Positions 19,366 through 29,132 of a stretch of 64,000 bases of DNA are shown here, one piece after another (positions within the stretch are counted from its first letter, which is position 1; the number at the start of each line of letters is the position of its first letter). Under the pieces are notes generated by a model. It saw nothing but the letters and a program-made list of their open reading frames with translations, was not told the DNA's origin and ran no database searches. A program made the translations under genes and the position numbers. The DNA lies in the NCBI GenBank assembly GCA_965217585.1, contig OZ244561.1, forward strand, positions 4,256,001 through 4,320,000, given 5' to 3'. The DNA comes from Candidatus Latescibacterota bacterium (GTDB lineage: Bacteria > Latescibacterota > UBA2968 > UBA8231).

Positions 19366-21336
19366 TCAGATCCAGAAGACCACATTGTCGGTCATACCCA
19401 TAAAAAAGTCGATAATCAACCAAAGCCCGGCGATGAAAAACTGGCCTATGATCAGGCCTAAAAAGAAGGGACGCGCCCGGCGAAAAAGGCTGGGACCGCC
19501 GTATTTCATCGCCAATAGCTTTAAGAGCCAAGCAAGGGCAATGCTAAACCACAACTGATCCATCAGCCATACGGCACCAATGGGGTATCCAATGGGATGC
19601 AGAGGCCACCACAAGAGCCGCTGGCGCGCCCACATGAGCAGGGCCATGATGCCCCCGCCGACAAAAGTGTGAATCCAGCCATCGATGTTCGGCTTGGTGG
19701 GCGCGCTTAACTTGGTGGTAATATAATCAAAAGGGGCGCGAGTTCCACCACCAAAAAACCACCCGTTGAGATTGATGCCGCCGTATTCGTAGGCGAGGTA
19801 CAAAATCGCTGCGACCGAACCGACAATGCTGACAAAAATCGCCAGCAGCATGTACCAAAAAAGCGGTCGCAGCCGCGGCCCCAGTTCTTCGCCCAGCTTG
19901 AGGCCGTGTGCGCAGGAAGCCATGACAAACGTGCGGATATCCGCCGCCCACACATAGGTGTACGCAAGGCCCACCATGCCCGCCGGTCCGATCGCCGAAG
20001 AGCCTACGGCCGAGACCAAGGCCGACGAAGAAATCATCGGCCCGACTGCCGCTGCCACGCCCCCCTCTACTACCACTCGGGTCAGGCCGATGAAGATAAG
20101 AATGGCCAGCATCAGGGTCAAAAGGGACGCCCACAGCGGCAAGCCGGACTGCCACAGCCAGATGGTCATCACCGCGACTCCGGCGAGCCAGGTTAAGACC
20201 GCCGCCCGGTAGGACAGCATCTCGCCGCGGTCGTCGATGCGGTCGTCGCCCGTGAGGGCCTTGCGCAGTACGTCGCGCAGGTGTTCGCGGCCGACCCATA
20301 GGCCGAAGAACACTAAGACGATCATCGCCCCCTGCCCTTGGTGGGCGAGAATTGGCTCGCTAGGAGCGCCGTAAATGCCCAGCTTTTCGGTGCTGCCGAC
20401 TCCTAAAACCCCCAGCCCCCCTCGGATCAGCTTGGCGATGGTGTTGAAAAACCACAGACTGAAGGCGATGTCGAGGTTGATTAAATAGGCGAACCCCACC
20501 ATGGGAAAGCTCAGGCGGAAGATCAGGCTGACGGTATTGCGCAGGATCGGAACGGAGGAGACGAGCTGGATGGCGGGAATGAAGTTGAAGTACGCGTGTA
20601 GGGCGTTGAGGCTGCTGACGAGCACAGGCAAGGCAAAGCCGATCCACATGATCGGGTTTTTGAAGAAAGGACCTAGCGCCTGTCCGCGGTCTCCGCTCTC
20701 CACCATGGCCAAGGGCACTTGCACCAGCGGGTAAACTAGCCGCTCCCGCTCCACCCACTGGCGGCGCAGAATGACCATAGACGAGATCATAACCAAGTAC
20801 AGGGCCACGATCAGCACGGCCCAATAGCACAGCGGGCCACCCCAGACGGCCCAAGGCACCCCAGCGGTGCGCGGTGCTCCTTCGTAAAACCACTTGATCG
20901 ACTCGGGATCCTGCGGCGCGATCCACTCGGGAAGGTGCGGCAGGATGTGCAAGGCCCACTCGTTTTCCGGGGTGGCGTAGTACTGAGCGCCGGTGATGAT
21001 CGTCAGCCAGTACTCGCTGAGGCCCATCGTGGGGATGGCCGAGGCCGTGAGCATCATAATGTACGCGACGATGAGCTCGCAGCGCCCGAGGGCCACAGGG
21101 GCGGCGAAGCGAGTCAGCAAGGCGTTGAACAAGCCCGTCAGCACGAAGAAGAGGAACAGGGCACCCGCCGCGCTGAAATCAATCGACATGTAGGAGCCGC
21201 GGATGACCATATTGCCGTACGGTGCCCCCACGGCGATGCACAGTGACCCTAGGGTGCCCGCCACCAGCGCTTTGGCGCTGAAGACCGGCTCGGCTCGTAC
21301 TGGGGCCTGAGAGGTAGGCTCTTTCGACAAATCCAT
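19366..21336 (-). CDS. DUF6785/DUF6784-like multi-pass membrane protein (OPT-related)
   Basis: RRQWVERERLVYPLVQVP, WWPLHPIGY, KYGGPSLFRRARPFFLGLIIG; very hydrophobic. Confidence 0.75.
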   Translation of the reverse strand: MDLSKEPTSQAPVRAEPVFSAKALVAGTLGSLCIAVGAPYGNMVIRGSYMSIDFSAAGALFLFFVLTGLFNALLTRFAAPVALGRCELIVAYIMMLTASAIPTMGLSEYWLTIITGAQYYATPENEWALHILPHLPEWIAPQDPESIKWFYEGAPRTAGVPWAVWGGPLCYWAVLIVALYLVMISSMVILRRQWVERERLVYPLVQVPLAMVESGDRGQALGPFFKNPIMWIGFALPVLVSSLNALHAYFNFIPAIQLVSSVPILRNTVSLIFRLSFPMVGFAYLINLDIAFSLWFFNTIAKLIRGGLGVLGVGSTEKLGIYGAPSEPILAHQGQGAMIVLVFFGLWVGREHLRDVLRKALTGDDRIDDRGEMLSYRAAVLTWLAGVAVMTIWLWQSGLPLWASLLTLMLAILIFIGLTRVVVEGGVAAAVGPMISSSALVSAVGSSAIGPAGMVGLAYTYVWAADIRTFVMASCAHGLKLGEELGPRLRPLFWYMLLAIFVSIVGSVAAILYLAYEYGGINLNGWFFGGGTRAPFDYITTKLSAPTKPNIDGWIHTFVGGGIMALLMWARQRLLWWPLHPIGYPIGAVWLMDQLWFSIALAWLLKLLAMKYGGPSLFRRARPFFLGLIIGQFFIAGLWLIIDFFMGMTDNVVFWI

Positions 21337-21371
21337 TGAGATGATCTAAAGAAAAGGTCTATACATTTATA

Positions 21372-21893
21372 TTATTGGCCCTGGTCCAACCAGCCTATTT
21401 TTGCTAGTTGTTCCAAGGTCCACCAAGCCAAAAACCCGATCACTCCTCCGCTGACCAAAGCGCTGAACAAGGCCAGCGGCAACAGTGCGAACAGACCGCT
21501 GTGGCCGATATAGCCAGAGGCGAGGACGAGCTGGCTGAGCTGGTGCGCCAACGCGCCCCAGATGCTCAGACCCACGACGCTGAAAAGCCGCGCTCCCATG
21601 CGGCGGACCGCAACCATGACCAACCAGCTCGCCAAGCCAGCCCCACCGCCAATGACAAAGGCCGGACCGGCAAATCCCCCGCTGAGCAAGCCGCCAGCTA
21701 CGAGCTTGATGGCACTAACGGCCAACGCCGGACCGCCGCCAAAGCTCACCAGCGCGACCAAGACCGGCAGATTGCCGAGCCCCAACTTCATCCAGGGCAA
21801 GGGTTTGGGCACCAGCGCTTCAAAGGCGAAGAGCACGATTGCCGCACTGGCTATAAGCCCCAAACGGGCCACGTCTCTAGGCTGCGCAAACAT
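21372..21893 (-). CDS. Gx transporter / heptaprenyl diphosphate synthase component I family membrane protein
   Basis: PKPLPWMKLGLGN and SIWGALAHQLSQL motifs; ATG 21893 overlaps the upstream TGA (TGATG). Confidence 0.8.
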   Translation of the reverse strand: MFAQPRDVARLGLIASAAIVLFAFEALVPKPLPWMKLGLGNLPVLVALVSFGGGPALAVSAIKLVAGGLLSGGFAGPAFVIGGGAGLASWLVMVAVRRMGARLFSVVGLSIWGALAHQLSQLVLASGYIGHSGLFALLPLALFSALVSGGVIGFLAWWTLEQLAKIGWLDQGQ

Positions 21894-22282
21894 CAGCGAA
21901 TCATCGCGTCTATGGGCGCGGCTCCAGCGATCCTCAGCACTAGGCCGTTGGGCACGCACGCGGCTACGTCGCCCGCCTGCCGCATCCAGCCCTGCCGCAT
22001 GCAGATCTTGTGGACGCAGGGCGCGGAAATCACGCGCACCCCCTTGGGGCCGATCTCGATTTCGCTCGCTCCCAAAGGTCCTACAACCGGCAAGACCCCG
22101 TAGCTGGAGAGGGCATGTGCGGCGGGCGCGGCCCCTGCCAACTCGACGATGAGCACGCCGCCGGCCTCGGCCGTGTAGCGGCCGTAGAGTACCAGCCCGA
22201 TCGCACTCAAGCCCACGACGAGCGCGAGGATTTTATCCGCTCGCGTCAACGCCGGTGCGTTTTCGGTATTTAGCCGCCACAT
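21893..22282 (-). CDS. NusG domain II-containing (DUF1312) membrane-anchored protein
   Basis: TRADKILALVV anchor; GPLGASEIEI, APCVHKICMRQGW, ACVPN. Confidence 0.85.
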   Translation of the reverse strand: MWRLNTENAPALTRADKILALVVGLSAIGLVLYGRYTAEAGGVLIVELAGAAPAAHALSSYGVLPVVGPLGASEIEIGPKGVRVISAPCVHKICMRQGWMRQAGDVAACVPNGLVLRIAGAAPIDAMIR

Positions 22283-22421
22283 CCTGCGTCCTTTTCTATT
22301 TCCATTTTAATCTAACTTCTACTGCGCGTGCAAACGAGTGGGTAACTTCTGCTTGTATGTACTTGTTTTTTTTCTAAATACTTATTTATATTGACGGGCA
22401 AATAGAAGAACAAAGGATCCC

Positions 22422-24623
22422 ATGGTCGAAACCACTCCCACGCCTCTTCCGGCCCTCCCGAATACCTACTTGGACGAACTCGTCGAGCAGGGGGGCGACG
22501 AGTTGCGGCTGTCGATGCTGCTGATCGAGGTCTCCTCCTGCAACGACCAAGCCGATTTCGCGCTGATCAACCGCGCCTATCACTTCGCCAAGGAGCATCA
22601 CAAGGGCCAGATCCGCAAGTCCGGCGAGCCGTTCCTAGCCCACTGCGTCGAAGTAGCTCGGCTCCTCGCCCAGCTAGGCTTGGATCACACCACGGTTGCA
22701 GCCGGGCTTTTGCACGACGTCATCGAGGATACACCGGCCACGTATGCAGAGGTCGCCGAGCAATTTGGCGACAAGATCGCCGAACTGATCGCCGGGGTTA
22801 CCAAAATCGATCAGATAACCTACGAAAGCCGCGAGGCGCGCCAAGCCGAGACCTACCGCAAGATGCTGCTCTCCATGGTCAAGGACATCCGCGTCATGCT
22901 CATCAAGCTGGCCGACCGCCTGCACAACATGCGCACGCTCCAATACCTAAGCCCCCAATCCCGCGAGCGGACCGCGAGTGAAACGCTCGAAGTGTACGCG
23001 CCGCTGGCCCACCGCTTTGGGCTGGCGCGGATCCGCTGGCAGCTAGAGGACCAAAGCCTCAAGTTCCTCGAACCCGACATTTACCAAGAACTGCGCAACA
23101 ACGTGGCCATGACGCGCCGAGAGCGCGAAGACTATATAAAGGAATTTAAGGTCCCGCTCGAAGAGAGCCTGCACGCCAATGGCATTAAAGCCGAGTTTAC
23201 GAGCCGCGCCAAGAACTTCTACAGCATCTACAACAAGATGAAGGCGCGGAGTAAGCCCTTTGAGGAAATCTACGACCTGCTGGCTGTGCGCATCATCACC
23301 GGCACCGTGCGCGAATGCTATCAAATTCTCGGCTGGGTCCACCACATTTACACTCCCATCCCCGGGCGCATCAAAGACTATATATCGACTCCCAAGAGCA
23401 ACATGTACCAGTCGCTGCACACTTCGGTGATCGGCCCTAAAGGCCAATACGTCGAAGTGCAAATCCGCACCGCGCAGATGCACCACACGGCCGAAATCGG
23501 CATCGCCGCCCACTGGCGCTACAAATCCAACGACACGGGTCCCAGCGATTTAAACCAACACATGAGCTGGCTGCACCAAGTCATCGACTGGCAACAAGAG
23601 GCCACCGACCCGGTCGAGTTCATGGAAAGCCTGAAGACCGAGCTGGCGTCTCAGGACGAGATTTTCGTCTTCACCCCCAAAGGCGACCTGCACCAGTTGC
23701 CCAAGGGGGCCACGCCGATTGACTTCGCCTTCGCCATCCACACCGACATCGGGCTGCACTGTTCGACCGCCAAAGTAAACGACCAAGTCGTGCCGCTGAG
23801 CGCGACGTTGAGCAGCGGCGAAACCGTGGAGATCGCCACGACGCCGCAGCAAAAGCCCAAACTCACTTGGCTGGATCAAGTTAAGACCGCCAAGGCCCGC
23901 CAAGCCATCCGCCGCTGGCTGCGGGAGGAGCAATACGACCACAACGTGCGCTTCGGCAAGGAGGCGCTCGACAGGGGGTTGAAGCACTATCGGGCCGCCA
24001 ATCCACCAGACTTCGATGCCGTGGCTGAGGAGTTCGGATTCGGCGACGCCGAGCACCTCTACGCGGCCCTCGGCAACGGGGACCTGTCCATCGGCAGGGT
24101 CATCGGCAAAATAGCCCCGCTCAAGCCCAAGCGGCGCGCGCTCCGGCCCCAAGACCGCAGAGACATCCGCATTCAAGGCATGCAAAACCTGATGATCCGC
24201 TTCGGCAAGTGCTGTGGTCCCATCCCGGGCGACGAGATTGTCGGCCTAGTCACCCGCGGCCGCGGCGTCACTGTCCATCGCACCAACTGCCCGAACATCG
24301 GCCGGATTTCTGCAGAGCCAGACCGCTTGCTCGCGGTCGAGTGGGAAATGGAGGACGAACCGGCCTTTACCGTTCAGCTACGCACCCGTAGCTGGGACCG
24401 CACGTACTTGCTCGCGGACATCGCGCGGGCGATCAGCGACGCTGGCTCCAACATCCGCGACTCTACTACCCGCACCGATGGCCACATCGTCGAACAGGAC
24501 TTCTGGATCGATGTCGCCGACAACGAGCAGTTGCGCCAGGCCATGGACCAAATCGAGCGCATCGAGGGCGTCTTGGTAGTGCTGCGGGTGGATGAGCCTG
24601 CAAACGGCGACCTGCTGCCTTAG
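22422..24623 (+). CDS. rel: Bifunctional (p)ppGpp synthetase/hydrolase (RelA/SpoT homologue)
   Basis: RKSGEPF, HD motif LLHDVIED, KLADRLHNMRTL, YQSLHT, TGS (FTPKGD...DFAF), ACT domain. Confidence 0.96.
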   Translation: MVETTPTPLPALPNTYLDELVEQGGDELRLSMLLIEVSSCNDQADFALINRAYHFAKEHHKGQIRKSGEPFLAHCVEVARLLAQLGLDHTTVAAGLLHDVIEDTPATYAEVAEQFGDKIAELIAGVTKIDQITYESREARQAETYRKMLLSMVKDIRVMLIKLADRLHNMRTLQYLSPQSRERTASETLEVYAPLAHRFGLARIRWQLEDQSLKFLEPDIYQELRNNVAMTRREREDYIKEFKVPLEESLHANGIKAEFTSRAKNFYSIYNKMKARSKPFEEIYDLLAVRIITGTVRECYQILGWVHHIYTPIPGRIKDYISTPKSNMYQSLHTSVIGPKGQYVEVQIRTAQMHHTAEIGIAAHWRYKSNDTGPSDLNQHMSWLHQVIDWQQEATDPVEFMESLKTELASQDEIFVFTPKGDLHQLPKGATPIDFAFAIHTDIGLHCSTAKVNDQVVPLSATLSSGETVEIATTPQQKPKLTWLDQVKTAKARQAIRRWLREEQYDHNVRFGKEALDRGLKHYRAANPPDFDAVAEEFGFGDAEHLYAALGNGDLSIGRVIGKIAPLKPKRRALRPQDRRDIRIQGMQNLMIRFGKCCGPIPGDEIVGLVTRGRGVTVHRTNCPNIGRISAEPDRLLAVEWEMEDEPAFTVQLRTRSWDRTYLLADIARAISDAGSNIRDSTTRTDGHIVEQDFWIDVADNEQLRQAMDQIERIEGVLVVLRVDEPANGDLLP

Positions 24624-24625
24624 CC

Positions 24626-25690
24626 GTGTCGGACCTGTTTCGCCCCAATATCGCCCGTCTGCGCGGCTATGTCCCCGGGGAACAGCCCCGCGACAAGGGC
24701 TATATCAAGCTCAATACCAACGAAAACCCCTATCCGCCCTCCCCCTTAGTGCTAGCGCGGCTGCGCGATGCCTGCGCGGCTGATCTGCGCCTCTATCCCG
24801 ACCCGGACGCTTGGGCCCTGCGCCGCAAGTTGGGCGAGGTATTCGCCATTGCCCCCCAACAGATTATGGTCGGCAACGGCTCGGACGAGCTGCTCAACGT
24901 CATCATCCGCAGCTTCGCCGGCGAGGGCGACAAAATCGCCTATCCCCATCCCACGTATGGCTATTACAAGCCGCTGATCGACATCCAGGGAGCTGAGGCG
25001 GTCCCGGTCGAGTTCGGCGAGGACTTCGCCCTGCCCGAGGGTATGGCCGTGCCCGGGGCCCGCATCACCTTTCTCGCCAATCCCAATGCGCCCTCGGGTA
25101 CCCTCGTGCCCTACGACGAGGTCGCCGCGCTCTGTGCGCGGGTTGACGGCGTCTTGGTCGTGGATGAAGCGTATATCGATTTTTCGCAGGGTGGCTGCGT
25201 TCAGCTCATCGAGGAACACCCCAACGCCATCGTCGTGCGCACCATGTCCAAATCCTTTTCCCTCGCCGGCATGCGCATTGGCTTTGCCTTTGCTCCGGCC
25301 ACGCTAATCGAGGGGATGTGGAAGGTCAAGGACCACTACAACCTCAATCGGCTGAGTCTGGTGGCCGCCGAGGCTGCCGTAGAAGATATCGACGCAATGC
25401 GCGCAAACGCCGCCCGCGTCTGCGCGACGCGCGCGCACCTGTGTGCTGGGCTGCGGGCGTTGGGTTTTTACGTGTGGGATTCGCAGGCGAACTTCGTGCT
25501 CGCCAAGCTCGGTGAGCGCTGGGCCAACTGCGCCGCTGAGGCGCTCTACGCACAGCTCAAGGAGCGCCGGATCTTGGTGCGCTACTTTGCCGCGCCGCCG
25601 CGCTTGGCCGACTGTCTGCGCATTTCGGTGGGTACGGACGCAGAGATCGCCGCGTTGCTGGCGGCCCTAAAAGAGCTATCATCCGTTTAA
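24626..25690 (+). CDS. hisC: Histidinol-phosphate aminotransferase
   Basis: KLNTNENPY, GNGSDE, VDEAY, RTMSKSFSLAGMRIG. Confidence 0.93.
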   Translation: MSDLFRPNIARLRGYVPGEQPRDKGYIKLNTNENPYPPSPLVLARLRDACAADLRLYPDPDAWALRRKLGEVFAIAPQQIMVGNGSDELLNVIIRSFAGEGDKIAYPHPTYGYYKPLIDIQGAEAVPVEFGEDFALPEGMAVPGARITFLANPNAPSGTLVPYDEVAALCARVDGVLVVDEAYIDFSQGGCVQLIEEHPNAIVVRTMSKSFSLAGMRIGFAFAPATLIEGMWKVKDHYNLNRLSLVAAEAAVEDIDAMRANAARVCATRAHLCAGLRALGFYVWDSQANFVLAKLGERWANCAAEALYAQLKERRILVRYFAAPPRLADCLRISVGTDAEIAALLAALKELSSV

Positions 25691-26647
25691 GCGCTCGGCA
25701 ATGCGCGGGGTGCGCCCGCCGCGCTGGTGCATACTGGCGATCATGTCTCCTAAGAAGCCGATGGAGAAGCACTGAATGCCGACGATGATCAGCAGGATGC
25801 CCAGCATGAGCAGGGGATGGCGGTTTTGGATGTTGCCGTGCTCGTAGCGCAGCAAGGCCACATAGGCGCAGATGACCGATCCGCAAAGCGTGGAGCCAAG
25901 ACCCAAAGTACCGAAGACGTGCATGGGCGTGGTCATAAAGCGCACGACGAAGGTCACGGTCAGCAGGTCCAAAAACCCGTTTAGCAACCGCTTGGCCCCG
26001 AATTTGGAATGGCCGAAGCGGCGGGGATGGTGTTGCACCGGAATCTCGCCGACTCGATAGCCCATCCAGTGGGCCACGGCGGGCAAAAACCGATACAATT
26101 CTCCGTAGAGGTAAGGCAGCGCGTCTTCGGCCACCTCGCGCCGATACGCCTTGAGGCCGCAGTTGAAATCGCGCAGGCGAACCCCGGAGACCAGCGAGGT
26201 GATCCAGTTGAACAAACGGGAAGGGAGGGTCTTGCTCAAAGGGTCGCGGCGCTTCGCCTTCCAGCCTGAGACCAAGTCGTAATCGCGGTTGAGCTCGGCC
26301 AACAGCCGGGGGATTTCGCGGGGGTCGTCTTGCAGGTCGGCGTCCATGGTGATGATGACTTGGCCGCGCGACTGCTTGAAGCCGGCGGCGAGGGCCGCGG
26401 CCTTGCGGTAGTTGCGGCGGAAGCGCAAGGCGCGCACCTGCGGATGCTGTTTGGCCAACTCTCCTAAGACCGCAAACGAGGCGTCCGTACTCCCGTCGTC
26501 CACGAAAATGGCCTCCCAAGCCCATTCCGCGGTTGCGAGGGCGCGGTCGATCTGGACCCACAGATGGGGCAGGCTTTCCTCTTCGTTAAAAACGGGAATG
26601 ACAAGGGAGAGAAAAATCTCCTCTGCCGCTTCTTTCTCTTGGCCCAT
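25679..26647 (-). CDS. Family 2 glycosyltransferase (polyprenol-phosphate GT, ArnC/GtrB-like)
   Basis: VIPVFNEE, VDDGSTD, MDADLQDDP, two C-terminal TM helices; start set at ATG 26647 after GAGGAG. Confidence 0.9.
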   Translation of the reverse strand: MGQEKEAAEEIFLSLVIPVFNEEESLPHLWVQIDRALATAEWAWEAIFVDDGSTDASFAVLGELAKQHPQVRALRFRRNYRKAAALAAGFKQSRGQVIITMDADLQDDPREIPRLLAELNRDYDLVSGWKAKRRDPLSKTLPSRLFNWITSLVSGVRLRDFNCGLKAYRREVAEDALPYLYGELYRFLPAVAHWMGYRVGEIPVQHHPRRFGHSKFGAKRLLNGFLDLLTVTFVVRFMTTPMHVFGTLGLGSTLCGSVICAYVALLRYEHGNIQNRHPLLMLGILLIIVGIQCFSIGFLGDMIASMHQRGGRTPRIAERLNG

Positions 26648-26757
26648 GATCTCCTCTCTTGCAAGCAAGTGCTTCCACAATAAAACAATCGCCGCTTGCC
26701 GAGCACAAACGGCCCGATTCTCTTGACACCTGCATCTCCCCAACGGTATATACGGAC

Positions 26758-28185
26758 ATGCAGCTTCCCTTGGGTTCCCACATTCATTTGATTGGCGCTT
26801 GCGGCACGGCCATGGGGTCTTTGGCCGGCATGCTGCGCGAGCGGGGATATCGCGTCACCGGGTCGGACAGCCACGTCTATCCTCCGATGAGCACCCTGCT
26901 CGAAGATTTGGGGATCGACGTGCGGGCCGGCTTCTCGGCGGATCACTTAGTGCCAGCACCGGATTTGGTCGTAATTGGCAACGCAGTCTCGCGTGGCAAC
27001 CCAGAGGCCGAGGCCGTACTCTCGCGCCGGATCCCGTACCTGTCGCTACCGGAAGTGCTGCGCGAGTTCTTCATCCGCGGCAAGCGCTCGGTAGTAGTAA
27101 CCGGAACCCACGGCAAGACCACCACTACCGCGCTCATCGCCCACCTCTTCACCGCCTGCAACCTGGACCCTTCCTTTCTAGTTGCCGGGGTGCCGCAAAA
27201 CTTCGACCGCTCCTACCGGCTCGGCCAAGGCACGCACTTCATAGTCGAAGGCGACGAATACGACAGCGCTTTTTTTGCCAAGTGGGCGAAGTTTTTCTAT
27301 TACCTACCCGATGTGCTAATCGTCAACAACATCGAATTCGACCACGCCGACATTTACCAAGACCTTGGCGAAATCGTCAAAGCCTTCCGCCAACTCGTCA
27401 ACATGGTGCCACAAAACGGCCTGATTCTAGCCAACGGCACCGACCCCAATATCGCCGAACTCCTCCCCGACGCGCCGGCACCGGTGGAGACCTTTGGCCT
27501 TGAAGAAGGCGCATTTTGGCGCGCTACCAACCTCCGGGCCCGTGCCGAGGGCACGCGCTTCACCTTGTGCCGGGAGGGTCGAGAAATGGGGGTTTTCGAC
27601 TTGCCGCTGAGCGGCGATTACAACGTCTGCAATGCTCTCGCCAGCTTGGCCGCTGGTTTCCACGCTGGCCTGACTGCCGGTGACCTGCACACGGCCCTGG
27701 CCAGCTTTGCCGGCGTCAAGCGCCGACAAGAGCAGATAGGCCTCATCGACGACATTCTCCTCATCGACGACTTCGCCCACCATCCCACTGCGGTCGCCTC
27801 CACTCTAGAAGGGCTGCGTCGGTCCCATCCCGGACGCAGGCTCCTCGCGGTTTTTGAGCCGGCCAGCGCGACCAACGCCCGCGCTATCTTTGAGGACCGC
27901 TATATCGAGGCGTTTGCCTTGGCCGACGCTTTCGTCGCAACCGCGGTCCCCCGCCCCGAACGCGCCCGAGACGACGAGCCTTTCGCGCCTGAGCGCTTAG
28001 TGGAACGTCTCCGCATCACCGGCAAGACGGCGCACTACCTGCCCGACGCCGAATCGATGGCCGCTTTTTTAGCTGCGGAAGCCCGCCCGGGCGATTTGGT
28101 GGTTTTTATGAGCAATGGCGGTTTCGGCGGCCTGCAACAGAAGCTGTGCACGGCACTCGCCGCCCGCGCACACTGTATCGACTAG
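26758..28185 (+). CDS. mpl: Murein tripeptide ligase Mpl (MurC-like)
   Basis: GACGTAMGSLA, YPPMS, GTHGKTTT, EGDEYDSAFF, DDFAHHPTA, MSNGGFGG. Confidence 0.88.
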   Translation: MQLPLGSHIHLIGACGTAMGSLAGMLRERGYRVTGSDSHVYPPMSTLLEDLGIDVRAGFSADHLVPAPDLVVIGNAVSRGNPEAEAVLSRRIPYLSLPEVLREFFIRGKRSVVVTGTHGKTTTTALIAHLFTACNLDPSFLVAGVPQNFDRSYRLGQGTHFIVEGDEYDSAFFAKWAKFFYYLPDVLIVNNIEFDHADIYQDLGEIVKAFRQLVNMVPQNGLILANGTDPNIAELLPDAPAPVETFGLEEGAFWRATNLRARAEGTRFTLCREGREMGVFDLPLSGDYNVCNALASLAAGFHAGLTAGDLHTALASFAGVKRRQEQIGLIDDILLIDDFAHHPTAVASTLEGLRRSHPGRRLLAVFEPASATNARAIFEDRYIEAFALADAFVATAVPRPERARDDEPFAPERLVERLRITGKTAHYLPDAESMAAFLAAEARPGDLVVFMSNGGFGGLQQKLCTALAARAHCID

Positions 28186-28350
28186 GTGTCAGAACTGTTG
28201 CCGGACAGACGCGCTAGGCGCGGATGAGATGCGCAGCGCGAATTCTCTACTTACCTATTTTACAATATGTTATAAAAAGTAAAACCCTAGGGTACGCATA
28301 TTGCATTAAACGCATGGCACTTGCCATCTCACCCCAACCTGGAGGCTGCC

Positions 28351-29025
28351 ATGCGCTCTTTTATCGCCTTTGTCTTTTTCGCTCTTGCCGCACCTATCTC
28401 GGCCCAAGCCGGCCCGGTCGTCATCTCCGAACTGATGTGGCCGGGTAGTACGGCATCTACTGCCGACGAGTGGATCGAACTCTACAACTCCAGCGACGCA
28501 ACGGTTGATCTGGCCGGCTGGACCTTGATCTACCGCAGCGGCGACGAGGACAAGGTAATGCTCGTCCTCGAGGCTGCTGCGATCCCTCCCGGACAGACCT
28601 TTCTCATCGCCAACTATGCCGCCGATCACAAAAAATCCCTCCTCGCCGTCCAGCCCCAGCACGTTGACGCAGCCGTTTCGCTACCCAACACCAAGCTGCT
28701 CTTACATCTATACGACGGCGACCCGCAAGCTGGGGGCCAGCTCATCGACGTGGCCGACGATGGCCGCGGGGCCCCTTTCGCCGGCGACTCAGCCAACAAA
28801 AGCGCCATGGTGCGCATTGCCTTGGACCAGCCCGGTGACCAGCCCGCAAGCTGGGCGACGGCAACCGAACAAAGCGGCTGGGATGCGGGTGCCAGCGAAT
28901 TGGGCACGCCGGGATCCATTCCCGCGTACCTGCTCTTGGACGGGGGTGAAGCGCCCGAGCGCGTCATGGGAACGAACATTTTACCGACGCCTTGGGCCTT
29001 GGTAAAAGAGAGTCTATATCCATAG
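28351..29025 (+). CDS. Secreted lamin tail domain (LTD) protein
   Basis: GGAGG RBS, signal peptide, VVISELMW, DEWIELYN, GTPG; tail LPTPWALVKESLYP. Confidence 0.8.
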   Translation: MRSFIAFVFFALAAPISAQAGPVVISELMWPGSTASTADEWIELYNSSDATVDLAGWTLIYRSGDEDKVMLVLEAAAIPPGQTFLIANYAADHKKSLLAVQPQHVDAAVSLPNTKLLLHLYDGDPQAGGQLIDVADDGRGAPFAGDSANKSAMVRIALDQPGDQPASWATATEQSGWDAGASELGTPGSIPAYLLLDGGEAPERVMGTNILPTPWALVKESLYP

Positions 29026-29039
29026 CGCGGATTGCAACA

Positions 29040-29075
29040 AAAAAAGGCACCTACTTGCGGGTAGGTGCCTTTTTT
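29040..29075. terminator. Bidirectional intrinsic terminator
   Basis: AAAAAAGGCACCTAC-TTGCGG-GTAGGTGCCTTTTTT perfect hairpin with A and T tails between convergent units. Confidence 0.9.
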
Positions 29076-29080
29076 AGCAC

Positions 29081-29128
29081 AAAAAAGGAAAAGGCCGTGG
29101 AAGCTAAAATGCGCTTCGCACGGCCTTT
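29081..29128 (-). terminator. Intrinsic terminator after tRNA-Val(CAC)
   Basis: AAAGGCCGTG-GAAGC...GCTTC-GCACGGCCTTT stem with a T-rich tail on the minus strand. Confidence 0.7.
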
Positions 29129-29132
29129 GCGA

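Noticed and set aside
19349-19531. N-terminal 61 aa of the 1670-aa ORF
   Set aside because: Overlaps the upstream gene; RBS and signal peptide point to ATG 19348. Starts were trimmed likewise for the Gx, GT2, mpl, LTD, hpt, M42 and other genes
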